Below are positions 22,001 to 28,561 of a stretch of 64,000 nucleotides of DNA, piece after piece. This stretch comes from Escherichia coli (GTDB lineage Bacteria > Pseudomonadota > Gammaproteobacteria > Enterobacterales > Enterobacteriaceae): NCBI RefSeq assembly GCF_003019035.1, contig NZ_CP027447.1; one strand, written 5' to 3'. The notes under the pieces are model-generated. The model made no database searches, was not told the DNA's origin, and saw nothing but the letters and a program-made list of their open reading frames with translations. The translations under genes and the position numbers were made by a program. Each line of letters opens with the position of its first letter. Position 1 is the stretch's first letter.

Positions 22001-22833
22001 GCAGCCGCCTGAAAGACTTGCCTAAACCGAACAAAAGCGATGATGAAACCCAAGCGAACGATGCAGTTAACCGCTACAAACTGTTGAAAAAAGATGCGCG
22101 TACCGTTGCCGCCCAGCAGGTAGCAAGGCTGGAATCCGCCATGTGCCTGCGCCGCCGCTGGTCGCCGGAAAACTTTCAGCTCTTCCTGGTTGAGCATCCG
22201 CTGGTTCGCCACTTAACCCGCCGTCTGATTTGGGGCGTTTATAGCACCGAAAACGAGCTACTGGCTTGCTTTCGCGTGGCGGAAGATAACAGCTACAGCA
22301 CCGCAGACGATGATCTTTTCACCCTGCCGGAAGGCGATATCTCTGTTGGCATTCCTCACGTTCTGGAAATATCACCCACGGATGCTGCCGCCTTTGGTCA
22401 ACTTTTTGCCGACTACGAACTGCTACCGCCGTTCCGCCAGCTCGACCGTAACAGTTACGCCCTGACAGAAGCCGAGCGCAACGCCAGCGAACTGACCCGC
22501 TGGGCAGGCAGAAAATGCCCGAGCGGTCGGGTAATGGGGCTGGCGAATAAAGGCTGGATAAAGGGCACCCCGCAGGATGGAGGCTGGATCGGCTGGATGA
22601 TCAAACCTCTCGGTCGCTGGTCGTTAATCATGGAAATCAATGAAGGATTTGCAGTTGGTATGTCGCCAGCCGAACTCAGTGCCGAGCAACTCTTAAGTAA
22701 GCTGTGGCTATGGGAAGGCAAAGCGGAAAGCTATGGCTGGGGGAGCAATTCAACACAGGAAGCGCAGTTCTCCGTACTCGATGCCATCACCGCCAGCGAG
22801 CTAATTAACGATATTGAAGCCCTTTTTGAATAA
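19045..22833 (+). CDS. molR: Giant WGR-like-domain protein (1262 aa); intact molR-type ORF (pseudogene fragments in K-12)
   Basis: N-terminus FWAVEQQGNELHICWGKVGTKGQ.. fits a WGR-like domain; paralogous to the adjacent yehI over most of its length; continuous 3789-nt ORF without frameshift. Confidence 0.85.
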   Translation: MRHFIYQDEKSHKFWAVEQQGNELHICWGKVGTKGQNQVKSFADAAAAAKAELKLIAEKVKKGYVEQAKDNSLQPSQTVTDSLKVADLSTIIQEQPSFVAETRAADKNTDAVLPWLAKDIAVVFPLEVVPTTLSHRRFPGDPVTPVDKLTQLRRLACGVSQRDNKTATFDFSACTLEWQNFIAQAIDLINSPKTTKLPSPVMAVLAALELHCTRYKEREDVMDQIIQEGGLEYATDVIIHLQQISIEWDYVNNNIVFLSSGISPDYLQQYSSFELRLRKHLSLAEESLWQKCAQKLIAAVPHIPEWRQPLIALLLPEKPEIAHEIAQRLLGQKKLPSLEWLKIVATDEHILASLEKYHEPYAIFDDYYCGAIWSATVLQEQGVAALPRFAPYVASDYCADVLSHINHPFALTLLIRVAGHTKRCHDRMTKACAAFPHAALAALAELLVQKEENSWRIMLMTMLISQPTLAEQVIPWLSTPAVAVLKSCQQQLKQPSNHASADLLPAIVVSPPWLSKKKKSPIPVLDLAPLNLESICTITDTEAKEFQTHWDWEPHKPGEGAKDFLYSLGYRRWDFDTYKYIGASDSAIDAWEREDFATLIQMFKAHHAPYQGEWHLNSLPFLPMQKAIKLWEFLSKEPHTAVKPVMLYLRLAGMSGFLHSFSRYPQEGFAVANYFAATELAPAVARAFNKLKTLRQDARTWLLKYPEHAITGLLPAALGKAGESQDNARAALRMLIENGYPSLLQEIAQRYNQPEVTDAVNALLALDPLDNHPTKIPTLPAFYQPSLWTRPVLKANAQSLPDSALFHLGEMLRFPQEDTLYPGLLQVKDACTADSLAEFAWDLFTAWQTAGVPSKESWAFTALGVLGNDDTARKLTPLIRAWPGESQHKRATVGLDILAAIGSDIALMQLNGIAQKLKFKALQERAKEKIADIAESRELTVAELEDRLAPDLGLDDNGSLLLDFGPRQFTVSFDETLKPFVRDASGSRLKDLPKPNKSDDETQANDAVNRYKLLKKDARTVAAQQVARLESAMCLRRRWSPENFQLFLVEHPLVRHLTRRLIWGVYSTENELLACFRVAEDNSYSTADDDLFTLPEGDISVGIPHVLEISPTDAAAFGQLFADYELLPPFRQLDRNSYALTEAERNASELTRWAGRKCPSGRVMGLANKGWIKGTPQDGGWIGWMIKPLGRWSLIMEINEGFAVGMSPAELSAEQLLSKLWLWEGKAESYGWGSNSTQEAQFSVLDAITASELINDIEALFE

Positions 22834-22842
22834 GGAAAGAGC

Positions 22843-25800
22843 ATGGACAAGGAATTACCGTGGCTGGCGGATAACGCGCAACTGGAACTGAAATATAAAA
22901 AGGGTAAAACACCACTCAGCCATCGCAATTGGCCGGGTGAACCGGTGCCTGTTATCACTGAAAGCATCATCCAGACACTGGGTGATGAATTGCTACACAT
23001 TGCTGAGAAGAAAAAAAACATTGTCTGGCGTTATGATAATTTTTCACTGGAGTGGCAGTCCGCCATCACGCAGGCCATCAACTTGATCGGCGAACACAAA
23101 CCCTCAATCCCGGCCCGGACAATGGCGGCGCTAGCCTGTATCGCGCAAAATGATAGCCAACAGTTACTCGACGAAATCGTCCAACAAGAGGGACTGGAAT
23201 ATGCGACTGAAGTGGTGATTGCACGCCAGTTTATTGTACGGTGTTATGAGAGTGATCCTCTGGTAGTAACATTGCAGTATCAGAAGGAGGACTATGGCTA
23301 TGGCTATGGCTATGGCTATGGCTATGGCTATGGTTATCGCTCAGAAACCTATAACGAATTCGATCTCCGACTGCGTAAGCATCTCTCTCTGGCAGAGGAA
23401 AGCTGCTGGCAGCGTTGCGCCGACAAACTCATTGCCGCACTGCCAGGACTACCCCAAGTTCGCCGTCCTTTTATTGCACTCATCCTCCCGGAAAAACCAG
23501 AAATCGCCAATGAGTTGGTAGGCCTTGAATGCCCGTGGACTCATTTTCATTCTAAGGAGTGGTTAAAAGTTGTTGCTACTGACCACAGGGCAGTGGGAAA
23601 ACTCGAACGCTACTGGAGCCAGGATATATTTAGCGATCGCGAAGCCAGCTACATGTCGCATGAAAACCACTTCGGCTACGCGGCCTGCGCCGCCCTTTTG
23701 CGCGAACAAGGAATTGCAGCCGTTCCACGCCTCGCGATGTATGCCCATAAAGAAGATTGCGGTAGCCTGCTGGTACAAATTAACCATCCGCAGGTCATCC
23801 GCACCCTGCTGTTAGTTGCTGATAAAAACAAACCCAGCCTGCAACGTGTGGCTAAATACAGTAAAAACTTCCCCCATGCGACGCTTGCCGCACTGGCAGA
23901 GCTTCTGGCGTTAAAAGAACCGCCTGCACGCCCTGGTTATCCAATCATCGAAGACAAAAAGCTGCCTGCACAGCAAAAAGCTCGAGATGAATACTGGCGT
24001 ACGCTGTTACAAACGCTGATGGCATCGCAGCCACAACTGGCAGAAGAGGTGATGCCGTGGTTAAGTACTCAAGCCCAGGCAGTGCTGAATAGTTATTTAT
24101 CGGCACCGCCCAAAACGGTTATTGATAGCACCGATAACATCCAAATGCCTGAAATCCTCGTTTCACCACCGTGGCGTAGTAAGAAAAAAATGACAGTTCC
24201 ACGTCTTGATTTGGCACCGTTCGAATTAACGCCGCAAGTTTACTGGCAACCAGGCGAACGAGAGAGGCTTGCCGCCACTGAGTCTGCCCGTTATTTCAGC
24301 ACGGAATCTCTTGCGGAACGCATGGAACAAAAAAGTGGACGAGTTGTATTACAGGAGCTGGGTTTTGGAGATGATGTATGGCTGTTTTTGAATTATATAC
24401 TCCCCGGAAAACTGGATGCTGCACGCAATTCACTCATTGTTCAGTGGCATTACTACCCAGGGCGGGTTGAAGAGATCATGAATGGCTGGAGCTCCCCGGA
24501 AGCTCAATTAGCAGAACAGGCGCTTCGCAACGGTCACGTAGAAGTGTTAATTAACATATGGGAAAATGACAGCTACTCACGCTATCGTCGGGAAAAGAGT
24601 ATCTGGAACCTGTATTTATTGGCGCAGTTGCCGCGTGAGATGGCTTTGACTTTCTGGCTACGTATCAATGAGAAAAAGCATCTGTCTGCGGGTGAGGACT
24701 ATTATCTCAGTATCTTCGGATTGGATGCTCTACCAGGTCTGCTGTTGGCTTTTTCACATCGTCCAAAAGAAACATTTCCATTAATTTTAAATTTCGGCGC
24801 AACAGAACTGGCCCTGCCCGTTGCCCGCGTCTGGCGACGTTTCGCGGCGCAGCGTGATCTGGCTCGCCAGTGGATTTTACATTGGCCGGAACATACAGCT
24901 ACTGCACTTATCCCTCTTGTCTTCACCAAATCCAGCGATAATAGCGAAGCTGCATTACTTGCCCTGCGTTTACTTTACGAACAGGGACATGGCGAGTTAC
25001 TGCAAACCGTGGCAAACCGCTGGCAGCGTACAGATGTGTGGCCTGCCCTGGAGCAATTACTTAAACAGAGTCCAATAGAGATTTACCCGACACGCATTCC
25101 AAAAGCCCCTGATTTCTGGCAGCCGGCAATGTGGTCCAGGCCGCGCCTTATCACGAATAATCAACCTGTTACCGATGACGCTCTGGAAATTATCGGCGAA
25201 ATGCTGTGCTTTACCCAGGGCGGACGTTTTTATAGCGGACTGGAACAACTGAAAACTTTCTGCCAGCCGCAAACGCTGGCAGCTTTTGCCTGGGATCTCT
25301 TCACCGCGTGGCAACAAGCTGGTGCTACCGCAAAAGACAACTGGGCATTTCTGGCGTTAAGTCTCTTTGGCGACGAAAGCACGGCACGGGATCTGACGAC
25401 ACAGATCCTTGCCTGGCCACAAGAGGGCAAATCTGCCCGTGCTGTCAGTGGTCTGAATATACTTACTCAGATGAATAATGATATGGCACTGATACAGCTG
25501 CATCATATATCGCAACGGGCGAAATCCCGCCCCTTACGTGATAACGCGGCGGAATTTCTTCAGGTGGTCGCAGAAAATCGTGGGCTAAGCCAGGAACAGT
25601 TAGCGGACAGATTAGTCCCAACACTGGGTCTTGATGATCCGCAGGCGTTGAGTTTTGATTTTGGTCCCCGGCAGTTTACCGTTCGCTTTGATGAAAACCT
25701 TAACCCGGTTATCTTTGATCAGCAAAACGTTCGCCAGAAAAGCGTTCCCCGGTTGCGCGCCGATGACGATCAACTGAAAGCGCCCGAGGCACTGGCCCGA

Positions 25801-26505
25801 CTAAAAGGGCTAAAAAAAGATGCCACTCAGGTGAGCAAAAACCTGCTCCCACGTCTTGAAACTGCCCTGCGCACCACCCGACGCTGGTCGCTGGCAGATT
25901 TTCATTCTCTGTTTGTTAATCATCCCTTTACCCGCCTGGTTACTCAGCGATTGATATGGGCGGTTTATCCGGCAAATGAACCGCGTCGTTTACTCAACGC
26001 CTTTCGTGTGGCCGCTGAGGGGGAGTTCTGCAATGAGCAAGATGAGCCAATTGACCTGCCTGCCGATGCTCTGATTGGCATTGCCCACCCGTTAGAAATG
26101 ACAGCAGAAATGCGCAGTGAATTTGCACAGCTTTTTGCCGATTACGAAATTATGCCGCCTTTTCGCCAGTTGACGCGGCGCACAGTGCTGCTCACGCCTG
26201 ACGAGTCAGCCAGTAATAGTTTGAATCGCTGGGAAGGTAAATCTGCTACCGTTGGGCAGCTTATGGGAATGCGATACAAAGGCTGGGAGTCAGGCTATGA
26301 GAACGCATTTGTCTATGACCTGGGCGAGTACCGGCTGGTCCTTAAGTTTTCATCCGGTTTTAACCACTACAATGTTGATAGCAAAGCGCTAATGAGCTTC
26401 CGTTCTCTTCATGTATACCGTGACAATAAATCTGTCACTTTTGCCGAACTTGATGTGTTTGATTTGAGTGAAGCGTTAAGCGCACCCGACGTCATTTTCC
26501 ATTAA
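22843..26505 (+). CDS. yehI: Giant uncharacterised protein (1220 aa), tandem paralog of molR; C-terminal region of the type annotated DUF4132
   Basis: AAGGAAAGA RBS; shares blocks with molR (..QEGLEYATEVVI.., ..DLRLRKHLSLAEES.., ..GPRQFTVRFDE.., ..LFADYEIMPPFRQL..); contains in-frame Tyr-Gly repeat. Confidence 0.88.
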   Translation: MDKELPWLADNAQLELKYKKGKTPLSHRNWPGEPVPVITESIIQTLGDELLHIAEKKKNIVWRYDNFSLEWQSAITQAINLIGEHKPSIPARTMAALACIAQNDSQQLLDEIVQQEGLEYATEVVIARQFIVRCYESDPLVVTLQYQKEDYGYGYGYGYGYGYGYRSETYNEFDLRLRKHLSLAEESCWQRCADKLIAALPGLPQVRRPFIALILPEKPEIANELVGLECPWTHFHSKEWLKVVATDHRAVGKLERYWSQDIFSDREASYMSHENHFGYAACAALLREQGIAAVPRLAMYAHKEDCGSLLVQINHPQVIRTLLLVADKNKPSLQRVAKYSKNFPHATLAALAELLALKEPPARPGYPIIEDKKLPAQQKARDEYWRTLLQTLMASQPQLAEEVMPWLSTQAQAVLNSYLSAPPKTVIDSTDNIQMPEILVSPPWRSKKKMTVPRLDLAPFELTPQVYWQPGERERLAATESARYFSTESLAERMEQKSGRVVLQELGFGDDVWLFLNYILPGKLDAARNSLIVQWHYYPGRVEEIMNGWSSPEAQLAEQALRNGHVEVLINIWENDSYSRYRREKSIWNLYLLAQLPREMALTFWLRINEKKHLSAGEDYYLSIFGLDALPGLLLAFSHRPKETFPLILNFGATELALPVARVWRRFAAQRDLARQWILHWPEHTATALIPLVFTKSSDNSEAALLALRLLYEQGHGELLQTVANRWQRTDVWPALEQLLKQSPIEIYPTRIPKAPDFWQPAMWSRPRLITNNQPVTDDALEIIGEMLCFTQGGRFYSGLEQLKTFCQPQTLAAFAWDLFTAWQQAGATAKDNWAFLALSLFGDESTARDLTTQILAWPQEGKSARAVSGLNILTQMNNDMALIQLHHISQRAKSRPLRDNAAEFLQVVAENRGLSQEQLADRLVPTLGLDDPQALSFDFGPRQFTVRFDENLNPVIFDQQNVRQKSVPRLRADDDQLKAPEALARLKGLKKDATQVSKNLLPRLETALRTTRRWSLADFHSLFVNHPFTRLVTQRLIWAVYPANEPRRLLNAFRVAAEGEFCNEQDEPIDLPADALIGIAHPLEMTAEMRSEFAQLFADYEIMPPFRQLTRRTVLLTPDESASNSLNRWEGKSATVGQLMGMRYKGWESGYENAFVYDLGEYRLVLKFSSGFNHYNVDSKALMSFRSLHVYRDNKSVTFAELDVFDLSEALSAPDVIFH
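23293..23334 (+). repeat. In-frame hexanucleotide microsatellite (TATGGC)6 + TATGGT encoding a (Tyr-Gly)n tract inside yehI
   Basis: Six perfect TATGGC units 23293-23328 plus one TATGGT, in the yehI reading frame; absent from the paralogous position in molR. Confidence 0.9.
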
Positions 26506-26510
26506 AACAC

Positions 26511-26542
26511 AGCGGGCAGTGATGCGACTGCCCGTTATTAAC
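26511..26542 (+). terminator. Hairpin downstream of yehI (possible terminator/attenuator)
   Basis: CGGGCAGT-gatgcg-ACTGCCCG stem-loop (26513-26534) followed by TTATTAAC. Confidence 0.5.
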
Positions 26543-26565
26543 ACGACCTGCCACCGGGGGAAGCG

Positions 26566-26886
26566 ATGATCGTGCAAAAAGAGCTGGTCACTATTTACGA
26601 TTATGAGGCCCCTGTACCTGAAGAGCCGTTTTCCTTCAGACTTGAGATCCATAAATGCTCTGAATTATTTACAGGTTCCATCTACCGGCTGGAGCGATTC
26701 CGGCTACATCCAACATTTCATCAACGTGATCGAGAGGATATCGACCCGCTAATAAATGATGCGTTGATTTATATAAGAGATGAGTTTATTGATGAGCGAA
26801 AATTACGGGGCGAATCACCAGAAACGGTAATAGCCATTTTTAATCGTGAACTACAGAATATATTCAACCAAGAAATAGAAAAATAG
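26566..26886 (+). CDS. yehK: Small acidic protein of unknown function, 106 aa
   Basis: ORF with GGGGGAAGCG upstream; no recognisable motif; recalled as YehK. Confidence 0.8.
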   Translation: MIVQKELVTIYDYEAPVPEEPFSFRLEIHKCSELFTGSIYRLERFRLHPTFHQRDREDIDPLINDALIYIRDEFIDERKLRGESPETVIAIFNRELQNIFNQEIEK

Positions 26887-26894
26887 CTTTATTA

Positions 26895-26920
26895 AAGGGG
26901 GGAAACGGTATTCCCCCTTA
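26895..26920. terminator. Bidirectional GC hairpin between convergent yehK and the small toxin-like gene
   Basis: GGGGGG-aaacggtatt-CCCCC stem-loop flanked by A/T; placed between the 3' ends of yehK (+) and the 29-codon ORF (-). Confidence 0.5.
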
Positions 26921-26940
26921 GATGCGTTTCAATTTGCCCG

Positions 26941-27030
26941 TTACTTCAACAAATCAATCAGCCGTAACAGAGCCACTAATAACTCCAGTACGGCAATGAG
27001 CACGGTTAACTTTTGTGTCAGCGTGTCCAT
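26941..27030 (-). CDS. zorO: 29-aa hydrophobic peptide, type I toxin-like (ZorO-like)
   Basis: Minus-strand ATG (27028-27030) with AAGGAGAG SD; translates to MDTLTQKLTVLIAVLELLVALLRLIDLLK, a single predicted TM helix; matches my recollection of ZorO from O157:H7; long structured 5' leader with an antisense target site. Confidence 0.65.
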   Translation of the reverse strand: MDTLTQKLTVLIAVLELLVALLRLIDLLK

Positions 27031-27211
27031 CCGCTCTCCTTATTAAGGAGCGCAACACCAGCATCTTACCCTTACACTGCCTGTCGATACTGGTTTACGT
27101 ATGTTGGACCACGATGTTGCACTCCGGATCAGGGCACTACCTGCGGCACCACCCGTCCGGTAGCCAGGACTTGAAATGGGTTCGATCCGGCGCAACGTCC
27201 CAACAGTCAGG

Positions 27212-27262
27212 ATTATAAATCTCATTATCTTAATTGCAACGGGGTCCACCGATGGTTATAAT
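27212..27262. promoter_or_regulatory. Back-to-back sigma70-like promoters sharing one palindromic -35 hexamer (TTGCAA): minus-strand promoter for the toxin mRNA and plus-strand promoter for the antisense sRNA
   Basis: Plus: TTGCAA (27234-27239) -17 nt- TATAAT (27257-27262); minus: TTGCAA -16 nt- TATAAT (complement of 27212-27217); the minus promoter predicts a ~170-nt 5' UTR for the toxin. Confidence 0.55.
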
Positions 27263-27268
27263 TCGTTC

Positions 27269-27352
27269 GTTGGAACACGATGTTGCACAGGCCGTGGTGT
27301 TAGGCCTGAAAGTAGTAAATAAAAGAACCTGCCTCACCAGCAGGTTTTTTTA
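27269..27352 (+). ncRNA. orzO: Candidate antitoxin sRNA (OrzO-like), ~80 nt, divergent from the toxin gene
   Basis: Starts ~7 nt after TATAAT; 5' seed GTTGGAACACGATGTTGCAC (27269-27288) is 19/20 identical to 27103-27122, so it is complementary to the toxin mRNA leader; internal hairpin CAGGCC..GGCCTG; ends in intrinsic terminator. Confidence 0.55.
27326..27352 (+). terminator. Rho-independent terminator of the candidate sRNA
   Basis: AACCTGC-ctcacca-GCAGGTT stem-loop followed by TTTTTTT. Confidence 0.8.
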
Positions 27353-27462
27353 TTTACTATGATCTGCTTTCCAGATATTTTCCGCTCAAACAACTAATGC
27401 GCCAAACATTTATTGCGCGTAAAATATCGTTTATTTCATTAATACATTTCAGGGATGAATAT

Positions 27463-28551
27463 ATGTCACCGCAGAATAATCATCTGCAGCGTCCGCCTGC
27501 CGCTGTGTTATACGCCGATGAACTGGCAAAATTAAAACAAAATGATCACGCACCTTGCCCGCCCGGTTGGCAGTTAAGTTTGCCTGCGGCCCGTGTTTTT
27601 ATCCTTGGCGACGAAGCACAAAATATTAGCCGTAAAGTCGTGATTAGCCCCTCCGCTGTCGAACGCATGTTAGTCACTCTCGCTACCGGGCGCGGTTTGA
27701 TGTTGGTGGGGGAACCTGGCACCGCAAAATCGCTCCTGTCTGAATTACTGGCAACCGCTATTAGCGGCGATGCCGGGTTAACCATCCAGGGCGGCGCATC
27801 TACTACTGAAGATCAAATCAAGTACGGCTGGAACTACGCCCTGCTTATCAACCATGGTCCGTCAACGGAAGCACTGGTCCCTGCCCCGCTTTACCAGGGA
27901 ATGCGCGACGGCAAAATCGTCCGTTTTGAAGAGATAACGCGTACACCGCTGGAAGTACAAGACTGTCTGTTAGGTATGCTTTCTGACAGGGTGATGACGG
28001 TGCCGGAGCTCACCGCTGAAGCCAGTCAGCTCTATGCGCGGGAAGGCTTTAATATTATTGCCACTGCCAATACCCGCGATCGCGGCGTCAATGAAATGAG
28101 TGCTGCGCTAAAGCGTCGTTTCGATTTTGAAACTGTCTTTCCGATTATGGATTTCGCTCAGGAGCTGGAGCTTGTCGCCAGTGCTTCGGCGCGTTTGCTG
28201 GCCCATAGCGGTATTCCGCATAAAGTGCCTGACGCGGTACTGGAGTTACTGGTCCGCACCTTCCGCGATCTGCGTGCCAACGGCGAAAAGAAAACGTCAA
28301 TGGATACACTAACAGCGATTATGTCCACCGCTGAAGCCGTGAACGTGGCCCACGCTGTGGGCGTCCGCGCCTGGTTTTTAGCGAATCGCGCAGGTGAGCC
28401 AGCCGATCTGGTGGACTGTATTGCCGGAACCATCGTCAAAGATAACGAAGAAGATCGCGCGCGTCTGCGCCGTTACTTCGAACAGCGAGTCGCCACACAT
28501 AATGAAGCTCACTGGCAGGCTTATTATCAAGCTCGCCACCGCCTGCCGTGA
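27463..28551 (+). CDS. yehL: MoxR-like AAA+ ATPase (CbbQ/NirQ/NorQ-type), 362 aa
   Basis: Walker A LMLVGEPGTAKS, Walker B-like KIVRFEEITR; start ATG 27463 (MSPQNNHLQRPP..) chosen over ORF-track 27397. Confidence 0.9.
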   Translation: MSPQNNHLQRPPAAVLYADELAKLKQNDHAPCPPGWQLSLPAARVFILGDEAQNISRKVVISPSAVERMLVTLATGRGLMLVGEPGTAKSLLSELLATAISGDAGLTIQGGASTTEDQIKYGWNYALLINHGPSTEALVPAPLYQGMRDGKIVRFEEITRTPLEVQDCLLGMLSDRVMTVPELTAEASQLYAREGFNIIATANTRDRGVNEMSAALKRRFDFETVFPIMDFAQELELVASASARLLAHSGIPHKVPDAVLELLVRTFRDLRANGEKKTSMDTLTAIMSTAEAVNVAHAVGVRAWFLANRAGEPADLVDCIAGTIVKDNEEDRARLRRYFEQRVATHNEAHWQAYYQARHRLP

Positions 28552-28561
28552 GGAAAGATGC

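Noticed and set aside
23293-23334. (TATGGC)n tract considered as CRISPR array or non-coding minisatellite
   Set aside because: Only 6-nt units with no spacers, and it is in frame inside yehI; reported instead as a coding microsatellite.
27150-27200. tRNA-like T-arm motif (GGTTCGATCC) suggesting a tRNA gene or att-site remnant
   Set aside because: No acceptor stem, D-arm or anticodon arm can be built around it; it lies in the toxin leader.
27043-27249. 68-aa minus-strand ORF in the yehK-yehL spacer
   Set aside because: Lies within the predicted 5' leader of the toxin mRNA, has no Shine-Dalgarno sequence and a Gly/Arg/Ala-rich translation; better explained as non-coding leader.
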